Shown: one piece after another, positions 38,439-48,911 of the stretch
How the letters are laid out: each line of letters begins with the position of its first letter
How positions within the stretch are numbered: the first letter of the stretch is position 1
Assembly (NCBI GenBank): GCA_902520385.1
Contig: CABYOB010000001.1
Location: 14,409 to 78,408 of the forward strand
Length of the DNA: 64,000 nucleotides
Direction: 5' to 3'
Source: an uncultured Bacteroidota bacterium
Lineage (GTDB): Bacteria; Bacteroidota; Bacteroidia; Flavobacteriales; TMED113
Translations under genes and position numbers: made by a program
Notes under the pieces: model-generated
The model's database searches: none
Seen by the model: only the letters and a program-made list of their open reading frames with translations
Told to the model about the DNA's origin: nothing

Positions 38439-39956
38439 TTAATGTTTAAAATGTCTAGTTTTAGTTAAAACCATACTAATATTATTCTTATTACAACAAT
38501 CTATTGACAATTGGTCATTTATTGAACCACCAGGTTGAATAACAGCTGAAACTTTTTCTTTGGCAGCAATTTCTATACAATCTGGAAATGGAAAAAAGGC
38601 ATCGGATGCCATAACACTATTTTCTAAATCAAAATTAAAATTTTTTGCTTTTTCAATAGCTTGTTTTAGCGCATCCACTCTTGATGTTTGTCCACAACCA
38701 ATTCCAATAAGTTGTTTGTTTTTTACCAAAACTATAGCATTAGATTTTGTGTGCTTACAAATTGTACTAGCGAACAATAAATCTTCAACTTGAGATTTGG
38801 AAGGTTTTAATTTAGTTATTTTCTCTAAATTTTCCTCAGAATCAATCAAAATATCTCTCTCTTGTGCTAAAATTCCATTTAAAATTGACCTATACTGATG
38901 ATTATTTTTTAGATTTTTTGGATTTAGCTCTAAGATAATTCTATTTTTTTTGTTTTTTAGAATCTCTATAGCCTTAGTTGAAAAATTAGGAGAAATTATA
39001 ATTTCAAAAAATAATTCATTAATACTTTCAGCTGCTTTAGAATTTAATTCTTGATTTGTAACTAAAATTCCACCAAATGCAGAAATAGGATCTCCAGCTA
39101 ATGCTTTCTTCCAAGCCTCATAAACATTATTGTCTATAGCAATTCCACATGCATTGTTATGTTTTAAAATAGCAAATGTAGGTTCTTTACAATCTTTAAT
39201 TAAATTAATAGCGGCATCAATATCTAGTAAATTATTATAAGAAATTTCTTTACCGTTTAACTTTTTAAATACTTCAGTTAGTTTTCCATAATAAATTCCT
39301 TTTTGATGAGGATTTTCTCCGTATCGTAATATTTGTGATTCTGAAATAGATATTTTTAAAGATTCATCACTGTCAGTACTTAACCAAGAAAAAATATTGG
39401 TGTCATAATGTGAAGATAATTCAAAAGCTTTTTTTGCAAAAAACAATCTTTCTTCTAATGATGTATAGCCATTATTTTTTTCAATTATACTCGTGCAATT
39501 TGGAATTAATTCCTTGGAAGGAATAATCATTACATCCTTATAATTTTTAGCAGCAGCTCTTATTAGAGAAATGCCACCGATATCAATTTTTTCTATAATT
39601 TCTTCTTCGTTAGCATTATTTTTAACAGTATCTTCAAAGGGATATAAGTCAACAACAACTAAGTCAAAACTTGGGAGATCATATTTTTCAACATCTTCTA
39701 AGTCACTTTTTTTATCCCTTCTATTTAAAATTCCACCAAAAACTTTCGGATGAAGAGTTTTTACTCTACCACCTAAAATAGAAGGGTATTGGGTAATATC
39801 TTCAACTGACGTGACTTTACAACCTAATTTTTCTAAAGCTATTTTAGTTCCACCAGAGGAGTATAATTTTATATTTAATTTAATTAATAATGAAACTAGT
39901 GATTCTAAATTTTCTTTATTAAAAACAGATATAAAAGCGCTGTTTATTTTTTTCAT
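38439..39956 (-). CDS. purH: bifunctional AICAR formyltransferase / IMP cyclohydrolase
   Basis: MGS-like N-domain (ALISV-type start MKKINSAFISVFNK, GGTKIALEKLG, VKTLHPKVFGGIL) and AICARFT domain (GENPHQ, GIGCGQTSRVD). Start moved to the internal ATG 39956. Confidence 0.9.
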   Translation of the reverse strand: MKKINSAFISVFNKENLESLVSLLIKLNIKLYSSGGTKIALEKLGCKVTSVEDITQYPSILGGRVKTLHPKVFGGILNRRDKKSDLEDVEKYDLPSFDLVVVDLYPFEDTVKNNANEEEIIEKIDIGGISLIRAAAKNYKDVMIIPSKELIPNCTSIIEKNNGYTSLEERLFFAKKAFELSSHYDTNIFSWLSTDSDESLKISISESQILRYGENPHQKGIYYGKLTEVFKKLNGKEISYNNLLDIDAAINLIKDCKEPTFAILKHNNACGIAIDNNVYEAWKKALAGDPISAFGGILVTNQELNSKAAESINELFFEIIISPNFSTKAIEILKNKKNRIILELNPKNLKNNHQYRSILNGILAQERDILIDSEENLEKITKLKPSKSQVEDLLFASTICKHTKSNAIVLVKNKQLIGIGCGQTSRVDALKQAIEKAKNFNFDLENSVMASDAFFPFPDCIEIAAKEKVSAVIQPGGSINDQLSIDCCNKNNISMVLTKTRHFKH

Positions 39957-40033
39957 TTTAAAGTAATTAAGGTATAGAAATTTAAAAGAATCAATATACT
40001 TTAAAAAAATAAATATGTCCAATTATTCACAAT

Positions 40034-40066
40034 AAAAAAAGAGAATAAATTAATATTCTCTTTTTA
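40034..40066 (-). terminator. rho-independent terminator after the nfu-like gene
   Basis: Stem GAGAAUA / UAUUCUC (7 bp, extendable by flanking A-U pairs), 6-nt loop, U7 tract on the minus strand. Begins about 12 nt after the stop at 40078. This is the only clean terminator inside the 32.9-48.1 kb minus-strand gene block. Confidence 0.55.
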
Positions 40067-40077
40067 TTTGTCTAATA

Positions 40078-40665
40078 CTAGTTTATAGGAATTACTTCTT
40101 TAATTTCATCTCCTAAAATTTGTTTGAGTTTTGTCTCAATACCTTGTTTTAGAGTATAAGTAGAAGATGGACAGCCATTACAAGCTCCTTGAAGTAACAC
40201 TTTTACTATTCCTTTTTCGTATGATACTAAAGAAATATCACCACCGTCTTGCATAACGTAGGGCCTGATGTGTTGTTCAAAAATATCTTCGATTAAATTT
40301 TCTTTTTTTGTTCTTTTACGGTTTACTGTTACTTTTCTTTTTTTGCTTGTTGTATTGGGCTTTAATGAAGTGTTTTTTACTAGAACGCCGGCATTTAATT
40401 TTTCTTGAATCATTACTCTAATTTCAAATGAAATGTCATCCCAGTTAACTTTATCGTTTTTTTCAATTGAAATAAAGTTTATTCCTAAAAAAATATTTTC
40501 AACGAAAGGGAACATAAATAATTCATAAATAAGTGGAAACTCATTTTGTTTAGGAATTATATCAAACTCAATCATATCTTCAGTTAAAACTTGATTTGAG
40601 ACAAATTTCATTACTTCTGGGTTTGGTGTGTATTCCGAGTATATAGTGTAAATTTTATTTTTCAT
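40078..40665 (-). CDS. NifU/Nfu-type Fe-S cluster assembly protein (Nfu_N + NifU C-domain)
   Basis: N-terminal YSEYTPNPEVMKFV (Nfu_N-like), a Lys-rich linker, and a C-terminal GDISLVSYEKGIVKVLLQGACNGCPSS CxxC motif. Confidence 0.75.
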   Translation of the reverse strand: MKNKIYTIYSEYTPNPEVMKFVSNQVLTEDMIEFDIIPKQNEFPLIYELFMFPFVENIFLGINFISIEKNDKVNWDDISFEIRVMIQEKLNAGVLVKNTSLKPNTTSKKRKVTVNRKRTKKENLIEDIFEQHIRPYVMQDGGDISLVSYEKGIVKVLLQGACNGCPSSTYTLKQGIETKLKQILGDEIKEVIPIN

Positions 40666-41467
40666 TAAATATGTTTTTTTCTTTTAAATTAATATCGTTG
40701 TTAAAAAATATTTTAGAACTGTTTTGAAAACTAGTTGTAAGATCAGAAACAAAAAACTCATGTTTTTCACTATTCTGAGTTTCATTTAATAATTTTTTTT
40801 TCTGCAGTTTATTTTTAATGTGTAAACCAATAGCATTTAATGAACTGATTACATTAACTTTTTTATTATAAAAGTTTTTTATTTCAGATTCAATAAGTGG
40901 ATAGTGGGTGCAACCAAGAATAAGAGTTTCGATTTCTTTTAGTTTATTGTGTTTTAAATAAGTTGCTATAATTTTTTTTTTAATTGACGCATCGTGAAAT
41001 CCAGATTCAATCATTGGTGCCAACAATGGTGTTGCTAGGGAAAAAACAGATAATTTTTTTTTTAGTTTATCGATTTTACTTTCATAAACTTTAGAGTTTA
41101 TAGTTGCATTAGTGCCAATAATACCAATTTTTTTATTTTGTAAATTATTCACACAATCAACAACAGGATCAATAACATTAAATATTATACTGTTACTTCC
41201 AACTTCTGTTTTAATATAATCTAATGCTAATGATGATGCTGAATTACAAGCAATAACTATAGCCTTGCATTTCTTACTTAATAAAAAGTGACAAATTTTG
41301 GAACAGTAATTAACTACTTTTTCCTTAGATTTCTCCCCATAAGGTAAATGCAGGGTGTCTCCAAAATAGATTATTTTTTCATTAGGCATTAACTCAATAA
41401 TTTCTCTTGCTACCGTTAAGCCCCCAATGCCAGAATCAAAAATCCCTATAGGAAATTCAGAATTCAA
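40655..41467 (-). CDS. murI: glutamate racemase
   Basis: IGIFDSGIGGLTV, IACNSAS and LGCTHYP catalytic-Cys motifs. Confidence 0.9.
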   Translation of the reverse strand: MNSEFPIGIFDSGIGGLTVAREIIELMPNEKIIYFGDTLHLPYGEKSKEKVVNYCSKICHFLLSKKCKAIVIACNSASSLALDYIKTEVGSNSIIFNVIDPVVDCVNNLQNKKIGIIGTNATINSKVYESKIDKLKKKLSVFSLATPLLAPMIESGFHDASIKKKIIATYLKHNKLKEIETLILGCTHYPLIESEIKNFYNKKVNVISSLNAIGLHIKNKLQKKKLLNETQNSEKHEFFVSDLTTSFQNSSKIFFNNDINLKEKNIFNEK

Positions 41468-41471
41468 ATAG

Positions 41472-41984
41472 TTATAGTTTTAATTTCTTTTTGACCTCAC
41501 CAGTTATATCATTAGAACCCGGTCCATCATTATATAAAATTACGTTAAAACCACTACCTGTATCAAGAATATAAGAGTATTTTCCACTTTTTGCTACGTC
41601 GTTAATAGCATTTTGAATTTTTTCAACAACAGGAGCAAGTAAATCATTTTGTAAAGTTTGCAATTCTTTTTGAGCATCTTGGGCAAAAACTTGCATACGT
41701 TGTTCTAAGTTTATAGCTTCTTCATATTTTGCTTTAATTACGGATTCACTTTCACCATCATTTTGTGCTTTTTGAAAAGATTGAGCTGCTTCTTGAGCTT
41801 TTTGCATCATTTCTGCGTACATCTCATCCATTTTTTTACTTTCTTTTTGGATTTTAGTTTCAATGACTTTTATGTCAGGCATTTTTGACATAATTTCTTG
41901 AGAGTTAACATGTCCTATTTTTTGTTGAGCAATAATACATATTGAAAACAAACAAAATAAAGAACTTAAAAGTATTTTTTTCAT
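41472..41984 (-). CDS. OmpH/Skp family periplasmic chaperone
   Basis: Signal peptide, 170 aa, coiled-coil Q/E/K-rich body, directly downstream of bamA. Confidence 0.7.
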   Translation of the reverse strand: MKKILLSSLFCLFSICIIAQQKIGHVNSQEIMSKMPDIKVIETKIQKESKKMDEMYAEMMQKAQEAAQSFQKAQNDGESESVIKAKYEEAINLEQRMQVFAQDAQKELQTLQNDLLAPVVEKIQNAINDVAKSGKYSYILDTGSGFNVILYNDGPGSNDITGEVKKKLKL

Positions 41985-41994
41985 ATTTAAAATT

Positions 41995-42507
41995 TTAATA
42001 ATTATAACCTAGTTGATCTAAAATATCATTACTTACATCTAAATCTTCATTTGAATATAACATAATTAATTCAGAAGATTTGTCAAAAATAATTTCATAT
42101 CTATTTTTTTCTGCATATTCTTTTATTGCATTATAAATTATTTCTTGAATGGGCTCAACTTTTTCTCTTTGTTTTTCATAAAGTTTACCATTTGGCCCAA
42201 ACAAACTTTTTTGATATTCTCTAACTTCTTGTTCCTTGTTAATAATATTTTCTTCTATTATTTTTTTTTCATTTTCTGGAAGTAGGTATTTTTCGGCTTT
42301 ATAGCTTTGGTACATTTTCTCAATATCTATGTATAAGTTTTGAATTTCATCTTCCCATTTTTGAGAGAGTTCTTCAATTTCTTCTTGCGCACTTGTAAAT
42401 TCAGGAATATTACTCAAAATATATTTTGAGTCCACATAGGCTACTTTTTGAGAAAAACAAAAGTTGATTAAAAACAGTGTAATTAATGTTAAACTTATTT
42501 TTTTCAT
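41995..42507 (-). CDS. OmpH/Skp family periplasmic chaperone (second paralogue)
   Basis: Signal peptide ending CFSQ, KVAYVDSKYIL start typical of OmpH; 170 aa; bamA-skp-skp arrangement. Confidence 0.7.
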   Translation of the reverse strand: MKKISLTLITLFLINFCFSQKVAYVDSKYILSNIPEFTSAQEEIEELSQKWEDEIQNLYIDIEKMYQSYKAEKYLLPENEKKIIEENIINKEQEVREYQKSLFGPNGKLYEKQREKVEPIQEIIYNAIKEYAEKNRYEIIFDKSSELIMLYSNEDLDVSNDILDQLGYNY

Positions 42508-42547
42508 ATAAAAATATTAATTTCTAAAACTCAGCAAATTTAATCAT

Positions 42548-44995
42548 TTAAAATTGTTGACCAATTATAAAATGAGTTTGCCAACCACTTTTTATTGTTG
42601 AATTATTTAAGTTATCAAATCCATGTGCAAAATCTAGACCTAATAAACCAAACATAGGCATAAATATTCTAATTCCTAATCCAGCGGATCTTTTTAATTC
42701 AAAAGGATTGTAGTTATTATAATTTGACCATGAATTTCCGGCTTCTGTAAATAAAAGAGCATAAATTGTTGAGTTTGGATTTAATGAAACAGGATATCTT
42801 AATTCTATATTATATTTATTATATAGAGCGTCTCCTGAATCTGAACTTAATGACCCGTTTGGATATCCTCTAAGTGCAATAATTTCTCGGCCGTCTATAG
42901 AATATCCACTAAGACCATCACCTCCAACAAAAAATCTTTCAAAAGGAGGGAGTCCAACAGTTTTATTATATGTGCCCAAAAAACCTAATTCAAAATGAGT
43001 TCTAATAACTAAATCACCAAATATACTATTGTACCAGGTTCCATCAAATTTAAATTTATTATACTCCAAGAAACGGTATCTTTCTTGATCATCTGTTAGG
43101 TTCTCATAGTAGTTTTTTTCTTTAAATAAAGAATAAGGCGGTGTTAACTCAAAATATATTGAAAATTTAGAGCCATTTCTAGGATATATAGGATTAAAAA
43201 TAGAGTTTCTTGAAAAAGTTGTGGCGTAATTTATATTATTAGAAAAGCCGTCACTAAAATCAAATAAACTGGTTTGATAATCTTCTAAATTATATCTTTG
43301 AAAATTTAATGAGTGGGATATTGTAAAATAGTCATCTGGCCAATTGAGTCTTTTTCCAAAACCAATACTCAAGCCAGAAATATCCATCTTAGAACCCTCA
43401 GTAAATGATTGAATTGTTTTCCATAATGAGACAGAAAAACTGTTAGGTTTTGCACCTCCCATCCACGGTTCTTCGAAAGACAAGCTATAGTTTTGATAGT
43501 ATGTTCCATTTGAGGCGGCGCGTAATCTAATTTTTTGTCCATCTCCATGAGGCATGGGGCTCCAGCTTTCTTTTTTAAAAAAGTTTTTAGTAGAGAAATT
43601 GTTAAAAACTACAGAGAATGCTCCAACAACCATTCCATTTCCCCAACCCCCTTGAAGCTCTAATTGGTCCGACGATTTTGATTCTACACTGTATTCTATG
43701 TCAACTGTACCCGTTTCTGGATCGGGTATAGGGTTAACACCAAGTGACTCAGGATTAAAATAGCCTAAGCGATTAAATTCTTCTTGAGTTCTAATAATAT
43801 CAGACCTTTTAAACATTGAACCAGGTAAAGATCTAACTTCTCTCATAATAACGTGGTCTTTAACCTTAGTGTTTCCGGTTACAGAAACGTTATTTACAAC
43901 AGCTCTTTTTCCTTCACTAAGTCTAATTTCTAAATTAATTTTTTGATCTTCTATCCCTGTTTCAATTGGATTTGCTTGAAAAAAAAGATATCCATCGTCC
44001 ATATATAAAGAGCTTATATCATTTCCATTTCTACTCATGTATAATCTTTCTTCTAATAATTTTTGATCAAAAATTTCACCGGATTTAACGGACAATAATT
44101 CATTTAATTTTTCAGAGTTATATTTAGAGTTTCCGATCCAATTTATGTCACCAAAAAAATATTTCTCACCCTCTAAAATGTTGATGGTTAATTCTAATTC
44201 ATTCTTTTCGTTAATTATAATTGAATGATTAGTTATTTGCGCGTCTCTAAATCCGTTTTCTCTGTATAAAGAAATTAGATTTTGTAAATCTTCTTCCAAA
44301 TCACTTTCAATATACTTTGATGAACTAAATATATTTTTTATTCCCTTTTCCTTAGTGTTTTTTAATTGTCTTTTTAACTTTCCATTTTTAAATGAACTTT
44401 TGTCAGATTTGAAAATGATTTCTTTAATTTTCATTCGTTCATTTTTCTTAACATCAATTATCAATGTTGATTTATTTAGGTTTTTATTATAGTTTTCAAT
44501 GACATCGCAATTCACATTAAAAAACCCTTTTTCACGAAAATATTTAATTATGTGATTTTTTATTTTCTTCTTGATTTGTTCGCTAACAGAGTTTCCTCTC
44601 ACTAAATTTATTTCATCTCGAAGCTTGTCAATTTCAGATTTTTTAAGACCCTTAAATTGAAATTTTTCTAGTTTAGGGAGCTGATTGAGATAAATTTCAA
44701 GAAAAATTATATTTCCTTCAATTTTAGTTTGAAATATTTGTATATCTGAAAACAATTTTTGTTTCCATAAAGTTTGAATAGCATTAGGTATTTCTTCTCC
44801 AGGCACAAAGATATTATCTCCAACTTTAAGATTGATTAAGGATAGAATGTTGTTACTTTCTACTGTTGAATTACCAGAAAAAATAATACCACCGATCATA
44901 TATTGAGAATTCATGTCATTGTTAGATTGACTCAATGAAATAGAATGAATTCCTAATATTAATATAACTAGGATCTTAAAATAATTTTTTCTCAT
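42548..44995 (-). CDS. bamA: outer membrane protein assembly factor BamA
   Basis: Signal peptide, repeated POTRA-like modules, C-terminal barrel ending GWQTHFIIGQQF (terminal Phe). Start moved to the internal ATG 44995 to avoid overlapping uppS. Confidence 0.85.
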   Translation of the reverse strand: MRKNYFKILVILILGIHSISLSQSNNDMNSQYMIGGIIFSGNSTVESNNILSLINLKVGDNIFVPGEEIPNAIQTLWKQKLFSDIQIFQTKIEGNIIFLEIYLNQLPKLEKFQFKGLKKSEIDKLRDEINLVRGNSVSEQIKKKIKNHIIKYFREKGFFNVNCDVIENYNKNLNKSTLIIDVKKNERMKIKEIIFKSDKSSFKNGKLKRQLKNTKEKGIKNIFSSSKYIESDLEEDLQNLISLYRENGFRDAQITNHSIIINEKNELELTINILEGEKYFFGDINWIGNSKYNSEKLNELLSVKSGEIFDQKLLEERLYMSRNGNDISSLYMDDGYLFFQANPIETGIEDQKINLEIRLSEGKRAVVNNVSVTGNTKVKDHVIMREVRSLPGSMFKRSDIIRTQEEFNRLGYFNPESLGVNPIPDPETGTVDIEYSVESKSSDQLELQGGWGNGMVVGAFSVVFNNFSTKNFFKKESWSPMPHGDGQKIRLRAASNGTYYQNYSLSFEEPWMGGAKPNSFSVSLWKTIQSFTEGSKMDISGLSIGFGKRLNWPDDYFTISHSLNFQRYNLEDYQTSLFDFSDGFSNNINYATTFSRNSIFNPIYPRNGSKFSIYFELTPPYSLFKEKNYYENLTDDQERYRFLEYNKFKFDGTWYNSIFGDLVIRTHFELGFLGTYNKTVGLPPFERFFVGGDGLSGYSIDGREIIALRGYPNGSLSSDSGDALYNKYNIELRYPVSLNPNSTIYALLFTEAGNSWSNYNNYNPFELKRSAGLGIRIFMPMFGLLGLDFAHGFDNLNNSTIKSGWQTHFIIGQQF

Positions 44996-44996
44996 T

Positions 44997-45725
44997 TCAA
45001 TTAACTTTTCCAAATCTTCTTTCTCTTTTTTGATATTCTAAAATAGCTTGATAAAAATCATTTTTTCCAAACTCTGGCCAATTAGTTTCACAAAAATATA
45101 ATTCTGCATAAGCTAATTGCCATAATAGAAAGTTACTTATTCTTTTTTCACCACCTGTTCTGATTAAAAGATCAGGATAAGGTAAATTATTTGTACAAAG
45201 GTAATTATTTACCAATTTTTCATTTATATTTTTGGCATTAAATTTCTTTTGATCAAATTCGCTAACAATTTTTTTTATTGCATTAGAAATCTCCCATCTA
45301 GCACTATAACTTAATGCAATGGTTAACGTTAATTTTTTATTTTTATTTGTCAATTGTTTAACTTTTTCAATAGCAAGTTTAGAATCTAAAGGTAAGTCAT
45401 TTAAATCTCCAATAGTATTTAATTTTACATCATTTTCCATTAATGTCTTTTTATATTTTATTACAGAGCTTGCTAATAACTTCATAATCATTTTGACCTC
45501 ATAATTTGGTCTTTCCCAATTTTCTTTTGAAAAGGCAAATAATGTTAGGTATTTAATTTCCAATTTTATAGATTCTTCTATTATTTTTTTAACAGTCTCT
45601 ATTCCTTTCTGATGGCCAAAAGTTCGTTTTTTTCCTAATATTTTAGCCCAACGGCCATTACCATCCATAATTATACTTACGTGGTTAGGCAATTTTTTAG
45701 AATCAATTTCAGAAAACAAAGTCAT
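44997..45725 (-). CDS. uppS: isoprenyl transferase (undecaprenyl diphosphate synthase)
   Basis: HVSIIMDGNGRWA, LTLFAFSKENWERP, IRTGGEKRISNFLLWQLAYAELYF motifs. Confidence 0.9.
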   Translation of the reverse strand: MTLFSEIDSKKLPNHVSIIMDGNGRWAKILGKKRTFGHQKGIETVKKIIEESIKLEIKYLTLFAFSKENWERPNYEVKMIMKLLASSVIKYKKTLMENDVKLNTIGDLNDLPLDSKLAIEKVKQLTNKNKKLTLTIALSYSARWEISNAIKKIVSEFDQKKFNAKNINEKLVNNYLCTNNLPYPDLLIRTGGEKRISNFLLWQLAYAELYFCETNWPEFGKNDFYQAILEYQKRERRFGKVN

Positions 45726-46552
45726 TAATAATTAATCTGTGAACAGAAGGATTTTTTAGGAATTTTATAAACAAAACTAACACCAAAAAAACCAAATTTA
45801 TCCATATTTTCTGAATTACCTCGTTGACTTCCTTCTTCAAATCCAGAATAAGATTTGTCAGCTAAGTTTTGAGCTTGTTCGCTTAATAAATTAGGGTTTA
45901 TATAATCTAAGCTCACATCATCTATATAATCAGTTTTTGTTAGTGTCCAAGACCAAGCAATATTTAGTGCTAAAAAATCATTTAAATTTAATTTATAACC
46001 AATCCCTATAGGTATGCCAATAGCAAATAGTTTATATTTTTCTCTTTCTGGATATAAAAAACTACCCTGACCTTCTGTGCCTAAAGGTTGTAACTCTACC
46101 CAGGTTCCGTTATAATAACCTTTTGGATTAAATTTAAATCCACTAATTCCAGTAAACACATATAAAGATTTATTAAATTTTTCAGATCCAATTTTATAAG
46201 GAGAGAAATTAAATTCAAAATTACTAGACATCTCTGTAATATTTGATTGAAAATCCAAATTTCTTTGAGTAATAAATAAATCTTCTGAATTACTGTCAAA
46301 TGAACTAATTTCACCTCTTTTCAAACTAAAATTAACTGCAATTCTAGAATTCAAATTTTTTCTAAAATTTAAGCCTATTGCAGCTTTTGCGTTAATAAAT
46401 AATTTATCTGTATTACCAAAATTTAAAGAATTGTAGCCAACATCTCCATGAAAAAAAGATGTTCCCATAAAAAGGCCTAGTTCAGTTTGTGAAAATGCAA
46501 AAGAACCAATAAATAAATAAAAAAACAGTATTATTTTTTTAAACACATGCAT
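45725..46552 (-). CDS. predicted outer-membrane beta-barrel protein (DUF6089-like)
   Basis: Signal peptide (MHVFKKIILFFYLFIGSFAFSQ from the internal ATG 46552) and beta-strand-like alternation. Its position between uppS and nadK matches related genomes as I remember them. Confidence 0.45.
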   Translation of the reverse strand: MHVFKKIILFFYLFIGSFAFSQTELGLFMGTSFFHGDVGYNSLNFGNTDKLFINAKAAIGLNFRKNLNSRIAVNFSLKRGEISSFDSNSEDLFITQRNLDFQSNITEMSSNFEFNFSPYKIGSEKFNKSLYVFTGISGFKFNPKGYYNGTWVELQPLGTEGQGSFLYPEREKYKLFAIGIPIGIGYKLNLNDFLALNIAWSWTLTKTDYIDDVSLDYINPNLLSEQAQNLADKSYSGFEEGSQRGNSENMDKFGFFGVSFVYKIPKKSFCSQINY

Positions 46553-46602
46553 ACTAATCAATATATATTTTACAATATACATAATTGTTAAATATAAGGC
46601 TT

Positions 46603-47487
46603 TTATTCATTATTTCTTTTATCTAAACCCCAGAGTAGTTTATTACGTAATGTATCGAAGTAATTATTTTTTTTAGTTATTATAAAATTAATTTTAAATT
46701 TTTCTTTTTGAATACACACAATGTGTTTGTTTGTTATTTTTTCTGTTTGACCATCAATAGACAGGTTAAATGATTTAAATCTTTGGTCTAGATGAATTTG
46801 AATGGAATTTTTATCAGATAAAATTAAAGGTCGAACATTTAAATTATGTGAAGAAATTGGTGTAATAATGAAATTATTTGAATCGGGCATAACTATAGGC
46901 CCTCCGCAACTTAATGAATGAGCCGTTGAGCCTGTTGGAGTAGATACAATTAGACCATCTCCCCAGTATGTATTTAAAAAATTATTATTTACATAAGTAT
47001 TAATACTAATCATAGAAAGATGGTTTTTTTCAGAAATTGAAACTTCATTTAAAGCAAATTGGAATAATTTCTTTTTTAATTTAGGTTTTGTAGAAACTTG
47101 AATCAAACTTCTAGCACTAATTTGAAATTTTTTATTATATAAATCAGAAATTAAGTCAGAAATATTTTGTTTTGGGATATTTGCTAAAAACCCCAGTCTT
47201 CCTGTATTAATACCAGTAATCGGAATATTTAGTTTCCCAATTAAATGTGCTGCTTTTAACATTGTTCCATCACCTCCAAAACAAATTAAAAAATCAATAT
47301 TATTTGTTTTAGATATTTTTTTTAAAACTGTAGTTTGTTTTGGGAAACTGATGTATTTTTCAATCTTTTTATATACTTTTTCTAAAACAAATAATTTAGA
47401 ATTATATTTTAATATTTCCTCAATACATGTTTTAATATAATTAGAAGAGTCAGTAGTGATTTGTTGTGTATATAAAATAATCCTCAT
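46603..47487 (-). CDS. nadK: NAD kinase
   Basis: GGDGTML motif, TPTGSTAHSLSCGGPI motif; 294 aa. Confidence 0.85.
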   Translation of the reverse strand: MRIILYTQQITTDSSNYIKTCIEEILKYNSKLFVLEKVYKKIEKYISFPKQTTVLKKISKTNNIDFLICFGGDGTMLKAAHLIGKLNIPITGINTGRLGFLANIPKQNISDLISDLYNKKFQISARSLIQVSTKPKLKKKLFQFALNEVSISEKNHLSMISINTYVNNNFLNTYWGDGLIVSTPTGSTAHSLSCGGPIVMPDSNNFIITPISSHNLNVRPLILSDKNSIQIHLDQRFKSFNLSIDGQTEKITNKHIVCIQKEKFKINFIITKKNNYFDTLRNKLLWGLDKRNNE

Positions 47488-47492
47488 TTTGT

Positions 47493-48146
47493 TTAGGTAT
47501 TTAAGTATCTTAAAAATGAATCAAATCTATTATCTAATTTTTCAAATAAAGCCGTATCGTATGTTTCCGTAACATTCCATTTGAATCTTCTCAGGGACTT
47601 AATAATTCTAGTAAGATTTTTTTGATTTACAATTATATCAACATGAATATTTTTGGAATTTGGATTTATTTGTACAAATGAGCTCATTACTTTGCCTTCA
47701 TTTTGCTCAATCAATCTACTAATTTCGGACAATGAGTAATCTTCTATCGTGCACTCAATAGTTAAAATTCCTATTTCTGTAAGTTGGTATGGGTGGCCAA
47801 TTTTATATATAATATCAGCCATGGTTATATATCCATAATATTTATTTTCCTCAAATATTGGAATAATAGAAACTTTGTGTTCACTAAAAGTTTTTATAGC
47901 AATACAGATGTGATTATTTATACTTAAAGATATTTTTTTTGTTTGAGAAATTATTGTGTTTAGTTCTTTTGTTAAATCTTCCATTTCTAAAATAGATTCT
48001 TGATCAACAATTCCCTTAAATTCTGTTTCAGAAAGAATAATTAAATGTGATGTTTTATATTCTTCCATTATCAAAAGAGCCATATTGCCGGTTGTATTTT
48101 GAGTGATGGTGGGGATGTCAGTTCTTAATAATTCTTTTACTTTCAT
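47493..48146 (-). CDS. CBS domain-containing protein
   Basis: Two CBS-like repeats (HLIILSETEFKGIV..., IPIFEENKYYGYITMADI); 217 aa; nadK/pdxJ neighbourhood. Confidence 0.6.
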   Translation of the reverse strand: MKVKELLRTDIPTITQNTTGNMALLIMEEYKTSHLIILSETEFKGIVDQESILEMEDLTKELNTIISQTKKISLSINNHICIAIKTFSEHKVSIIPIFEENKYYGYITMADIIYKIGHPYQLTEIGILTIECTIEDYSLSEISRLIEQNEGKVMSSFVQINPNSKNIHVDIIVNQKNLTRIIKSLRRFKWNVTETYDTALFEKLDNRFDSFLRYLNT

Positions 48147-48163
48147 TTATGAATTTTATAAAA

Positions 48164-48171
48164 CAAACTTA
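48164..48171 (-). promoter_or_regulatory. candidate -7 promoter box (TAAGTTTG on minus strand) heading the long minus-strand block
   Basis: Plus strand caaactta, 17 nt upstream of the ATG at 48146, in a divergent intergenic region. Confidence 0.35.
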
Positions 48172-48197
48172 CTATTTTTATGATAAAATAAATTTTT

Positions 48198-48911
48198 ATG
48201 ACAAGATTAAGTGTTAATATTAATAAGGCAGCAACTTTAAGAAATGCCAGAGGAGGTAATAACCCAAATGTAATTCAATTTGCAAAAGATTGTGAAAGAT
48301 TTGGTGCTGAAGGTATAACAGTACACCCCAGACCTGATGAAAGACATATAAGAAAAAAAGATTTATTCTTATTAAAAAATGTTATAAATACTGAATTTAA
48401 TATAGAAGGCTTTCCCTCAAAAGATTTTGTGGAGATGGTTTTAAAAGTTAAACCTAATCAGGTCACATTAGTACCAGACCCGCCGGATGCGTTAACATCA
48501 AATTTTGGCTGGGATATAATTAAAAATAGCACTTTTTTAAAAGAAATAATTTGTGAATTTCACGTGAAAGGTATTAGGACCTCAATCTTTATTGAGCCTA
48601 TAAAAAAAATGATTCTAGCAGCAAAAGAAATAAACACAGATAGGGTAGAGTTATATACAGAAAGTTATGCAAATAAATTTTCTAAAAATAAAGAAAAAGC
48701 AATCAAACCATTTATAGAATCTGCTGAATTGGCTCACAGAATTGATTTGGAAATTAATGCAGGCCATGATTTGAATCTCCAAAATTTGAAATTTTTTGCA
48801 TCAAATATTTATAAATTGAAAGAGGTTTCTATTGGCCATGCATTAATTTGTGATGCATTATATTTTGGATTGGAAAATACTATTCAAATGTATAAAAGAA
48901 ACTTAGTATGA
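48198..48911 (+). CDS. pdxJ: pyridoxine 5'-phosphate synthase
   Basis: LSVNINKAATLRNARGG, ITVHPRPDERHI, NAGHDLN motifs. Confidence 0.9.
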   Translation: MTRLSVNINKAATLRNARGGNNPNVIQFAKDCERFGAEGITVHPRPDERHIRKKDLFLLKNVINTEFNIEGFPSKDFVEMVLKVKPNQVTLVPDPPDALTSNFGWDIIKNSTFLKEIICEFHVKGIRTSIFIEPIKKMILAAKEINTDRVELYTESYANKFSKNKEKAIKPFIESAELAHRIDLEINAGHDLNLQNLKFFASNIYKLKEVSIGHALICDALYFGLENTIQMYKRNLV